This document shows positions 10,201-15,791 of a stretch of 20,000 nt of DNA, one piece after another; the first letter of the stretch is position 1, and the number at the start of each line of letters is the position of its first letter. The DNA lies in IMG/VR virus record IMGVR_UViG_3300031555_002006, one strand, 5' to 3'. The translations under genes and the position numbers were made by a program. The DNA is from an uncultured virus (IMG/VR IMGVR_UViG_3300031555_002006) (lineage: Duplodnaviria > Heunggongvirae > Uroviricota > Caudoviricetes). Below the pieces are notes generated by a model that searched no databases, was not told the origin of the DNA, and was given only the letters and a program-made list of their open reading frames with translations.

Positions 10201-10884
10201 CATACCTCTGGCGACAGCTCGGCAGTATTCTCTAAATCCGGTGTAGCCCCGCTGGTCAACACCAGCCGTACCAATTTCCGCACCTACAGCCACAACAAGG
10301 GTGATAAGTGGTGGATGCTTGACATTGCCACTTGGAGCGCCTTGCAGATGCTGTACCTGATTGAGTTCGCAGACTTCCACTCTCAGAACACATTGGGTAA
10401 AGGCTATGGCTCCAGTTCTCAGGTCAGCGGCGCAAGTGACGGTGCTGTATACCACACCGTCAACGGCGGCAACACTTACAACCAGTACCGTTGGGTCGAA
10501 CAGCCCTTCGGCCGTGTTATGGACTGGGTCGATGGCTTTATGGCATCTTCCCGAAAGTGCTACCTGGGCACCGACAATGCTACCTTTGCGGACAGTACCT
10601 CGGCGCTTACCGCAGCCGGCGTAACTCTGCCTTCCTCCAACTACATCACCGGCTTCGGATACAGCGAGGAGTTCCCCTGGGCATTCCTGCCTGATGAAGC
10701 TTCTGGCGGTAGCGCTTCCACGTTCGTTCCCGACTATGTGTACTCGTTCTCTGGCATCAATGCGCTGTATGTCGGCGGCAACTATTACAGCCTCGACCTC
10801 TACGGCTTCTGGTACTTCTATGCGAACAACTCTGCGACCAACACGTACGGCAGCCTCGGCTCCCGACTCCTTTATATCCCCTAA
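4210..10884 (+). CDS. Giant multidomain phage tail/adhesin protein, DGR target (CotH-kinase-like domain, LRR, 6 Flg_new-like repeats, C-terminal CLec-type variable domain)
   Basis: AAGGAGG RBS; 2224 aa; poly-Gly linker; beta-rich domains. CotH-like motifs VQGTSS..KKN, KAD..SS..NN, DNRAKN, YDMDTAMG; LRR-like LxxLxL stretch; C-terminal YVGGNY...GFWY...GSLGSRL overlaps the VR. Confidence 0.9.
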   Translation: MSDENKGIIPLNEKPVSASAALADFFVTVIGGKVRLATVKTIADCLTDAQIKSIEEAAKELTAILTKDAQDAADRAEAVATRLETFLGSIPVDVKYDPLTYLLTLMNENSLPIGQGTTIKAGISDIQMVVEKNEETGTNDLVLYDGDGEVVSRTPLPAGGGGGGGGASSYSISIKNLMDSRTVSAPAGAAIPLTFLYTSVDEDGYDDGKGVGTIWVNGVKKGAVDIVQGENTVYVESYIGSGANAVKITVENSEGSSRSLSYTVNIVALSVTTTLDAYNECRGDTIFYYTPIGTGVKTIHFLMDGKELGTAEVSTSGRSQSYTIPAQEHGAHIFKCYAEMTVSGVTVTSDPIILGMAWIDSEKSTPMVVSTFDVKEATQGEALTISYLAYDPATEETTVTRSIIDADGNIVESKAVSADRTEQKWVVQDYPAGAIKFRVAIGAIGVDLPVNVKENSIVIEPITDSLVLDFDPIGRSNKEDNPENWTSGEVSATFSGVGFSDADGWLTDADGAAMFRLLPGGQMTIPFHLFATDCRDTGATVEVEMATHNVRDYDSVVMSCLSGNRGFMIASQYAELHSEQSSISKQFKEDKKVRVSFVVEPRNLHRMIYVYVDSVMCGAIQYPADDNFAQSPATGITIGAESSGIDVYHIRLYRKGLTRFEILDNFAADRPTLKERIDAHKRNDIFNESEEVVITKLPVTLPYMIISCPELPQSKGDKKTCEITYVDPANPAKSFTASGVTIDVQGTSSAGYKKKNWKITYKNGLTLTASGEQVSEYQLRSTSVPASCFCMKADVASSEGANNVELVRLYNDTVPHKTPPQEENANVRVGIDGLPCVIFWQNSSTGELRFWGKYNFNDEKSSTQVYGLTEGCESWEIKNNTSNRVIFKSADFSGSGWLNDFEARYPDGNEDPSKLKVMCEWVVSTDRAAATGNSLGKTVTYGGVSYTNDTAEYRLAKFKAEFEEHFVKVPMLYYYLFTETFLMVDNRAKNFFPSTFDGVHWLPLPYDMDTAMGINNEGQLVFEYDLEDTDTVGGADVFNGQSSVLWCNIRDAFPDELKALYGELRGGSMFNYSEVVNRWASHQATWPEAIWNEDAWEKYLEPLENDNDSGYLAMLQGDKKSQREWWVFNGFRYRDSKYECGDAEASYITLRCYAVGDITITPYSHIWSRIKFGSYTVKARSKRNQAVTLKCPLDEMNDTETYIYSSDRLAKIGDLSHLHVGYANFVMAPKLQVLKLGDGAADYQNTRLNELYVGNNDLLDELDVRNCVNLKMPVDLTGCVGIETIRATGTAIDSVKLPVGGKLKTLELPGTVTNLTIRDHAQLSSFTMEGYGEIQTLRIENTPNIPWEALINGAEKLNRVRIIGAEWTASSAEALQETYDRLSAAAGMNAAGDNTDKAVVTGRVVLKSDIDADLLAAFTENFPDLLIVANGIANCTVRFRNWDGTVLHTTTVAYGSDVADPVANGTIDAPVRAASDRVVYVFKGWDRDLTNITNNAVFTAVFEEQYAWIVTFCNWDGSELCKVSVQNGGAAADPIESGLISTPARPGDADYAYTFLGWDKSIYNVTEDRTITARYSTEASVAVSFVDWDGTVLYTAYCAAGSSIADPILAGHITAPVRATDESAQKEYTFTGWDKELSNITEATTVTATYSSKSYYTATFQNPDGTVLFVRRLYAGNAVKDPVATGEIETPTQEPTETYGYIYKGWDKTLTSSISANVVYTATYKTDQQFTVTFVDYDGTVLDTQLVYDEDGAVDPVTSGRIATPVRASTAQYEYKWTGWSGTFTNITADKTITATYSTTTRTYTVTFWNGSTLVQTVANVAYGGSATYTGDPVSKPDVDDPDSYVHVGWTPSPTSITGDTACYAVYVALPEGFSDAYGVLWAYGQSSTALGRLGLAKTFVNPIPATSLTDEGSSPFDDVMPWAGMKKYNIIDGAIAYSEDDEGFSMTDYDTVVYIPEFWFKAAKDTSAETWVWAISPTEKEGFTKHPGSGRYIGRYHTSGDSSAVFSKSGVAPLVNTSRTNFRTYSHNKGDKWWMLDIATWSALQMLYLIEFADFHSQNTLGKGYGSSSQVSGASDGAVYHTVNGGNTYNQYRWVEQPFGRVMDWVDGFMASSRKCYLGTDNATFADSTSALTAAGVTLPSSNYITGFGYSEEFPWAFLPDEASGGSASTFVPDYVYSFSGINALYVGGNYYSLDLYGFWYFYANNSATNTYGSLGSRLLYIP
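8512..9810 (+). repeat. Six tandem ~73-75 aa Listeria-Bacteroides (Flg_new/InlB-B)-like repeats
   Basis: Units begin at 8512, 8731, 8950, 9175, 9397, 9619 with consensus [YFWC]TVTFx[ND]WDGT...DP...P...Y.F.GWD...N[IV]T....TA.Y. Confidence 0.8.
10737..10872 (+). repeat. DGR variable region (VR)
   Basis: Ungapped 136-nt match to 11104-11239 (offset 367) with 13 mismatches, 12 of them at TR adenines; lies at the 3' end of the target gene. Confidence 0.97.
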
Positions 10885-10891
10885 TGGGGGT

Positions 10892-10911
10892 CCGGGGGTC
10901 GCAACCCCCGG
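10892..10911 (+). promoter_or_regulatory. GC-rich hairpin downstream of VR (probable DGR target-recognition element)
   Basis: CCGGGGGT-CGCA-ACCCCCGG, 8-bp stem starting 8 nt after the target stop codon. Confidence 0.7.
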
Positions 10912-10964
10912 GGCTTCCGTCATAAACCGCCCCGCATCCCAACGGGAAAAATCTATAACGGGGT

Positions 10965-10998
10965 GCGGGGCGAAGCCCCGCCGAATTTTTATATTTTT
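10965..10998 (+). terminator. Hairpin GCGGGGC-GAA-GCCCCGC plus T-rich tract (terminator and/or second DGR hairpin)
   Basis: 7-bp GC stem with GAA loop followed by CGAATTTTTATATTTTT. Confidence 0.55.
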
Positions 10999-11002
10999 CA
11001 CT

Positions 11003-11062
11003 ATAACGTATTTCGTTATTTTCTCACAAAATACTGGCTACCTCGCCGGTTGGGGCTATAAT
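11003..11062 (+). promoter_or_regulatory. Putative promoter/operator for the TR-RT transcript
   Basis: Palindrome ATAACG-N5-CGTTAT at 11003-11019; perfect TATAAT at 11057-11062 with a weak -35 (TGGCTA/CTGGCT). Confidence 0.5.
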
Positions 11063-11103
11063 CTCTCCGGGATTTCCTGCGCGTGCGAGCCGGGCCTGCG
11101 GCT

Positions 11104-11239
11104 TGTGAACTCGAACTCTGGCACCAATGCGCTGTATGTCGGCGGCAACTATAACAGCAACGACAACTACGGCTTCTGGTACTTCAATGCGAACAACTCT
11201 GCGACCAACACGAACGGCAACCTCGGCTCCCGACACCTT
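11104..11239 (+). ncRNA. DGR template region (TR)
   Basis: Copy of the VR with 13 AAY codons in the VR frame; intergenic, directly upstream of the RT. Confidence 0.97.
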
Positions 11240-11355
11240 GTTTCTTCCCGACATTGTGCAGGAAAATCCACACCGCTTGGTGAAAATATTGCCGATAGGA
11301 CAGGGCTTAGTAGGATCTCTCGAAAGGCTCTGAGGCAAACAAGGAGAGAAGTCCT

Positions 11356-12432
11356 ATGCCCAAGAAAGTCGGTCACCTCTACGAAAAGATGTGCGACCGG
11401 GACTTGATCCGCGCAGCCATCATCAAAGGCAGCAAAGGTAAAAAGCGTCGTTGGGACGTGAAGGCCGTTCTTGCCGATGTGGATGGTTATGTGGAAAAAG
11501 TCTATAACCTGTTATCCCAAGAGAAGTACGTGCCGACTCCGCCAAGAGAGAAGCAGATCTTCGACAACAGCTGCCAAAAGCAGCGCATCATTAGCATCGT
11601 GCCGTATTACCCGGACGGCATCATTCATCAGCTTTGTGTTATGGCCATGCAGGAAGTGCTCATGCGCGGAATGTATCGGTGGAGCTGTGCTTCTATCCCG
11701 GGAAGGGGAAATAAGTGCGCCACCGATTATGTCCGGCGAGCATTGAAAAACGACCCCAAAGGCACAAAATACTGCTTGAAGATGGATGTCCACCATTACT
11801 ATCCGAGCATATCCCCACGGCGTCTGATTTGGGCGCTGGCTCGAAAGATCAAGGACAAGCGCTTCTTGAAGATCGTCTTCGAGATTGCGGCGTCAAATCC
11901 CTCCGGTGGCCTCGCCATCGGGTTTTACATCAATCAGTGGCTTGCGAATTACTATCTCGAGCCGCTGGACAACTTCATCCTGACCCTGCCCGGAGTCAAA
12001 TACTATGTGAGAAACATGGATGACATGGTTCTGCTTGGCCCCAACAAAAAGCAGCTCCACCGGGCGAGAAAGGAAATCGAGCGCTTCCTATGGCAGCACC
12101 TCGGCCTGCGGCTCAAGAGAAACTGGCAAGTGTTTCCCGTGGCTGTCCGAGGCATCGACTTTGTCGGCTTTCGCTTTTTCCGTACGCACACCACCATGCG
12201 GCGCCGCAACTTCCTGCGGTTCGCCCGGCAGTGCCGACGGGTCCAGCGCATGATAGATACCAACAGCAAGATCCCGTATCGAGAAGCGGCCGGACTGCTC
12301 GCAAGGGCGGGCCAGCTCAGACATTGTAATGCCCACAAGATACGGGTCGCGTACTTCGACCAAATCGGAGAAAAACGGCTGAAAAGGATCGTCCGCGCTG
12401 AGAGCAAGCGAAGGCTTGAGAATGCTGCGTAG
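11356..12432 (+). CDS. DGR reverse transcriptase
   Basis: AAGGAG RBS; 358 aa, basic. KQRIISIVPYYPDGIIHQ, ASIPGRG, YCLKMDVHHYYPSI, GLAIGFYINQWLAN, YVRNMDD, GIDFVGF; adjacent to the TR/VR pair. Confidence 0.95.
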   Translation: MPKKVGHLYEKMCDRDLIRAAIIKGSKGKKRRWDVKAVLADVDGYVEKVYNLLSQEKYVPTPPREKQIFDNSCQKQRIISIVPYYPDGIIHQLCVMAMQEVLMRGMYRWSCASIPGRGNKCATDYVRRALKNDPKGTKYCLKMDVHHYYPSISPRRLIWALARKIKDKRFLKIVFEIAASNPSGGLAIGFYINQWLANYYLEPLDNFILTLPGVKYYVRNMDDMVLLGPNKKQLHRARKEIERFLWQHLGLRLKRNWQVFPVAVRGIDFVGFRFFRTHTTMRRRNFLRFARQCRRVQRMIDTNSKIPYREAAGLLARAGQLRHCNAHKIRVAYFDQIGEKRLKRIVRAESKRRLENAA

Positions 12433-12442
12433 GAGGATACCC

Positions 12443-12634
12443 ATGTCAAATCTGCAAATGATCGAGACGCTATGCGTCCTGGTCGAACATCAGGCAAGCG
12501 TTATTCATCACCTGTCCGTTCAGCTGGCCGAGGCCCGGTGCCTTACGGAAGCCGAGCAGCAGATGATAGATGCCACCAAAAATGAATACTCGGCGTTTCT
12601 TGGCGCCGGGGAGTTCCTTGACAATCTTGAATAA
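12443..12634 (+). CDS. Small helical protein, 63 aa, co-transcribed with RT
   Basis: AGGAGG at 12431-12436, ATG 12443; MSNLQMIETLCVLVEHQASVIHHLSVQLAE...; followed by a terminator. Confidence 0.75.
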   Translation: MSNLQMIETLCVLVEHQASVIHHLSVQLAEARCLTEAEQQMIDATKNEYSAFLGAGEFLDNLE

Positions 12635-12642
12635 CCTACATG

Positions 12643-12672
12643 AAAGAGCAGCGCGAAAGCGCTGCTCTTTTT
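12643..12672 (+). terminator. Rho-independent terminator
   Basis: AAAGAGCAGCGC-GAAA-GCGCTGCTCTTTTT. Confidence 0.85.
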
Positions 12673-12694
12673 CTATGCAGAAAGGAGCTTACCT

Positions 12695-12820
12695 ATGGAA
12701 GATCGTTGTGTGTGCTGCGGCGCCATCGTTCCCGAGGGCAGAATGGTTTGCCCCATGTGCGAAAAGGAGGCCGATGCCAAAATCTCTCGGGAAGGAGGTG
12801 GTGCGAATGGTAACTCTTAA
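12695..12820 (+). CDS. 41-aa zinc-ribbon microprotein (not in ORF track)
   Basis: AAAGGAG RBS; MEDRCVCCGAIVPEGRMVCPMCEKEADAKISREGGGANGNS* (CxxC...CxxC). Confidence 0.7.
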   Translation: MEDRCVCCGAIVPEGRMVCPMCEKEADAKISREGGGANGNS

Positions 12821-13151
12821 CGTTGGCAGCCTCGTCCTTGCCTTCATCGCCGCCATGGGCATCCCCAGTGCGATCATGGGCATCATTGTGAGACGTATGG
12901 AAAAGCGTATCGCAAAGAGGGACGAGGCCAGAGAAGCAAAGGACAAAGCTCAGGAGCAGCTGCTCCTCCTGATTGTCCAGAGCAACGGAGCGGCTATCGC
13001 TCTGGGCGAGGCAACCGCCCGGGCTGTTCAGCGTATCCCCGATGCCCATTGCAATGGGGATATGCACGAAGCCTTGGCGTATGCCACAAAGGTTAAACAT
13101 GAGCAGAAGGATTTCTTAGCAAAGCAGGGTATTCATGCCCTGGCAGAATGA
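12807..13151 (+). CDS. Single-TM plus coiled-coil lysis-module membrane protein (holin-like)
   Basis: GGAGGTG RBS, ATG 12807 (MVTLNVGSLVLAFIAAMG...); N-terminal hydrophobic helix then charged coiled coil. Confidence 0.65.
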   Translation: MVTLNVGSLVLAFIAAMGIPSAIMGIIVRRMEKRIAKRDEAREAKDKAQEQLLLLIVQSNGAAIALGEATARAVQRIPDAHCNGDMHEALAYATKVKHEQKDFLAKQGIHALAE

Positions 13152-13163
13152 AAGGAGTAAATT

Positions 13164-13487
13164 ATGTTCGACATTACTGACATCATCCTGGCGGCTTTGG
13201 CGCTGGTGTCTGTCATTATCTCCACGGTTGTGGTTCCTTATGTCAAATCCAAGACCTCTGCGCAGCAGCAGGCAGAGATCAACTCTTGGGTCAAGATCGC
13301 CGTGTCTGCTGCCGAGCAGATCTATGTCGGCTCCGGCCGCGGCGCAGAGAAGAAACAGTATGTTCTTGATTGGCTGCATCAGCGCAATATCACCGTTGAC
13401 GAAACCAAGCTGGATGCCATGATCGAGAGTGCTGTGTATGCCCTGAAGACCAGTGGCCTTGTCGCCTTGGAGGTAACCAATGGTTAA
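13164..13487 (+). CDS. Phage holin (LL-H family-like)
   Basis: N-terminal TM; VKIAVSAAEQ...GRGAEKKQYV...LDAMIESAVY. Confidence 0.85.
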   Translation: MFDITDIILAALALVSVIISTVVVPYVKSKTSAQQQAEINSWVKIAVSAAEQIYVGSGRGAEKKQYVLDWLHQRNITVDETKLDAMIESAVYALKTSGLVALEVTNG

Positions 13488-13752
13488 CATCATCGAAAAG
13501 GGCGGCTACCTCGTCGATGCCGCCACCGGCCAGAAGGTCGTTTTCTATGAGTGTGACCCCGAGAAGAACACCGAGTGCGGCAAACAGATGTGCCGTCACG
13601 ATGCCGCAGAGGACGAGGGCGGCTTCGGTTTTTGCGCCAAGACTGATAACCCCGCCTTCCGCAAAGACGGCGGTAGGGCTTGGTATGCGGTCAAAAAGAC
13701 CCCTGACGAGGGTGAGCCTTATTGGGGGCGTGAGTACATCGAGGGGGTGTAA
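13480..13752 (+). CDS. Hypothetical protein, 90 aa (4 Cys)
   Basis: GGAGG RBS; overlaps the holin stop and ends 3 nt before the endolysin. Confidence 0.7.
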   Translation: MVNIIEKGGYLVDAATGQKVVFYECDPEKNTECGKQMCRHDAAEDEGGFGFCAKTDNPAFRKDGGRAWYAVKKTPDEGEPYWGREYIEGV

Positions 13753-13755
13753 GCC

Positions 13756-14601
13756 ATGATGTCTGTTGCTGAATGCCTCGCCTATGTCGAGAGTCATCTG
13801 GAAGTGCGCATTGCCACCCAGAACGGTGCATGGAGATCTGGTCGCAAGATCAACCCCGATGGCTCGGTTAACCATTCTGTCGGCTGCGCCCAGCCCAGCG
13901 TCGATGTCTTTTTCAATCTCATGAATAAGACGAGCGCCGGTTGGGGCGTAAACGCCCTTCTGGGCGACTTCCATAAGGGCGAGGGTCGCATCATTCTTGC
14001 CCTTGATATGAACACCCGCCCCTGGGGCTGCGGTTCCGGTCCGAAAGGATCTTGGAACAACAGCAAGATCCAGTGGGAGGTCTGCGAGCCTGCCGGTCAC
14101 ACTTACGCAGGCGGCACCATGATCGGGTACGACGTGGCGAAAAACACACCGTACTTCGAGCGCATGTGGAAGATGCTCGTGGCGTGGAACGTCTATTGCG
14201 TGGTCAAGCTGGGCTATCCCGTGGATGGTATCAGAGATCACGCCGAGTCCCACAAAGCCGGCTATGGCTCCAATCATGGTGATATGGGCCACTGGCTCCC
14301 GAAGCACGGTAAGAGCATGGACGCCCTCCGGGCAGAAGTGCGCAACATTCTGAATAACAAAGAGGAGGACGACGATATGGATGTCGCAAGATTTAAGGAA
14401 CTGTTCGATGAAATGCGCAAGGAGCTCCGCGACAACGACTCCAGCGAATACTCCGAGGAGGCTCGCGCCTGGGCTGTCGATACCGGCATCATTCAGGGCG
14501 GCGATGCCAAGGAGTTCAACGGCATGTGGGAGGATATGATGACCCGCGAGCAGCTGGTCACCGTTCTGTTCCGCTTTGCCAAACTCGTTGGCCTTGCGTG
14601 A
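13756..14601 (+). CDS. Endolysin, N-acetylmuramoyl-L-alanine amidase (Amidase_2-like) with C-terminal SLH-like segment
   Basis: NHSVGCAQP, RPWGCG, WEVCEP, DHAESHKAGYGSNHGD; C-terminal ARAWAVDTGIIQG...MTREQLVTVLFRF; follows the holin. Confidence 0.85.
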   Translation: MMSVAECLAYVESHLEVRIATQNGAWRSGRKINPDGSVNHSVGCAQPSVDVFFNLMNKTSAGWGVNALLGDFHKGEGRIILALDMNTRPWGCGSGPKGSWNNSKIQWEVCEPAGHTYAGGTMIGYDVAKNTPYFERMWKMLVAWNVYCVVKLGYPVDGIRDHAESHKAGYGSNHGDMGHWLPKHGKSMDALRAEVRNILNNKEEDDDMDVARFKELFDEMRKELRDNDSSEYSEEARAWAVDTGIIQGGDAKEFNGMWEDMMTREQLVTVLFRFAKLVGLA

Positions 14602-14912
14602 TGGCGGGTAAGCGAGAGAAAAAGCGCCAGAAGCGCGAATGGAGTAAGATCTTCCCCCTCATTGTGGTGCTGCTTGGCTTCGTGATCGCACAAGAGTGCT
14701 TGGTGCTTATGGTACTCTGCGTAATCAGGGGCTATACGGCAACCGCAGCGTGGCTCACAGCCGCAGTCGGTTTGGCCGAGGCCGTCATAGGCCTTGGCCT
14801 GAACAGCTACATGAGCCTTGCAAAATCCGACCACAAAGAGGGTGGCATCACCTTCGAAGCTGCCAAAGCGAAAGGCTTTGAGCGCCCGGACGGGAACAGC
14901 CCGCCCATCTAA
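14601..14912 (+). CDS. Two-TM membrane protein of the lysis module
   Basis: ATG overlaps the endolysin stop (TGATG); basic N-terminus MAGKREKKRQKREWSK and two hydrophobic helices. Confidence 0.7.
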   Translation: MAGKREKKRQKREWSKIFPLIVVLLGFVIAQECLVLMVLCVIRGYTATAAWLTAAVGLAEAVIGLGLNSYMSLAKSDHKEGGITFEAAKAKGFERPDGNSPPI

Positions 14913-14918
14913 AATACC

Positions 14919-14969
14919 AGCCCCCGTGCACTATTGGGTCTCCCTTAGTGCGCGGGGGCTTCTTTTTTT
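14919..14969 (+). terminator. Rho-independent terminator ending the lysis operon
   Basis: AGCCCCCGTGCACTA...TAGTGCGCGGGGGCT followed by TCTTTTTTT. Confidence 0.8.
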
Positions 14970-15071
14970 ATGCTCCTACGTCCGAATTTATAACCTGTTT
15001 CGTGATAATCTGACAATTTACAATCTGATATGACAGGAACTGTTATATTATACGAGAGGAGCGCTAAAGAC

Positions 15072-15329
15072 ATGATTAGAATTCTACTGTCCAGGAAGCT
15101 TGGCGAAGTTCGATGGACGCAAGCTGACCTCGCACGGGCCACGGGTATTCGACCCACCACGATCAACGAAATGTATCACGAAATGGCAGATAGGGTAAAC
15201 CTCGAGTATCTGGACCTTATCTGTGAAGCGCTGGACTGCGACTTGTCTGAGATCATGGTGAGAGAGCCGAACCCCGAGCCGAAGGTGACCCACTACAGAG
15301 CGGGTCTCAGAAAAAAAGGGAGTAAGTAG
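15072..15329 (+). CDS. Cro/C1-type (Xre, HTH_26-like) transcriptional regulator, 85 aa
   Basis: GAGAGGAG RBS, ATG 15072; WTQADLARATGIRPTTINEMY...LDLICEALDCDLSEI. Confidence 0.88.
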   Translation: MIRILLSRKLGEVRWTQADLARATGIRPTTINEMYHEMADRVNLEYLDLICEALDCDLSEIMVREPNPEPKVTHYRAGLRKKGSK

Positions 15330-15384
15330 GAGGACCTGTTTTCCGCCTGCTTGCTCCCTTTGTGCCTTGATTGGGACGCAGAAA

Positions 15385-15422
15385 CGCCCACCTTGCAAAT
15401 TGCAGGGTGGGCGCTCTTTTTA
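15385..15422. terminator. Terminator between convergent genes
   Basis: CGCCCACCTTGCA-AAT-TGCAGGGTGGGCG followed by CTCTTTTTT. Confidence 0.75.
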
Positions 15423-15791
15423 TACAGCCTTGGGCATATATCGGAGGTTCTCGGTGCCGATGTTAATGTTGTAGGCTTCTGCTGCCTCGGCAGCTTCTGC
15501 GAATGTGGGGAACGTAAGCATTGAGCCGCGAACCCTCACCCAAGACTCAGCGGCGCCGAAAATGGAGTTTGCCGATCTCACGGCCCAAATGCCCCAGCAT
15601 TCACCGGTGTACTCTCCCGGGAAGTCGATGATCTTCGAGTCCTCGTGCTCGTCCTCGTAGTCAGGGAGGCCGTTCAGCCAGTTTTCGATGATGGGGATAT
15701 GCGGGAATATGTAGTCGGCAATAAAGCCGCCCACAGCGAGGATAATGGCGAAAACGCCAAGGTATCCGGAGAGGAGAAAGAGATCATCCAT
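15420..15791 (-). CDS. Hypothetical membrane-anchored protein, 123 aa
   Basis: AAGGAGG RBS; N-terminal TM helix; overlaps the upstream gene. Confidence 0.7.
   Translation of the reverse strand: MDDLFLLSGYLGVFAIILAVGGFIADYIFPHIPIIENWLNGLPDYEDEHEDSKIIDFPGEYTGECWGIWAVRSANSIFGAAESWVRVRGSMLTFPTFAEAAEAAEAYNINIGTENLRYMPKAV

Larger units (their letters stand above)
10737..12432 (+). mobile_element. Diversity-generating retroelement cassette (VR-hairpins-TR-RT)
   Basis: Adenine-specific TR/VR divergence plus adjacent RT. Confidence 0.95.

Noticed and set aside
4186..11001. Very long antisense ORFs (871 aa and 1396 aa)
   Set aside because: Shadows of the 2224-aa gene, explained by its GC3/C-ending codon bias; no RBS or recognisable motifs.
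10694..11407. 237-aa ORF spanning VR, hairpins and TR, as a possible avd or second target
   Set aside because: Overlaps the target gene out of frame, crosses hairpins and promoter, has no RBS and no Avd-like helical character; the TR is simply open in the VR reading frame.
11356..12432. RT as group II intron, retron or Abi RT
   Set aside because: Short, no maturase/endonuclease domain, and adjacent to an adenine-mutated TR/VR pair, which indicates a DGR.
12570..12806. N-terminal extension of the 193-aa ORF in the track
   Set aside because: Crosses a terminator and the Zn-ribbon ORF; the RBS supports a start at 12807.
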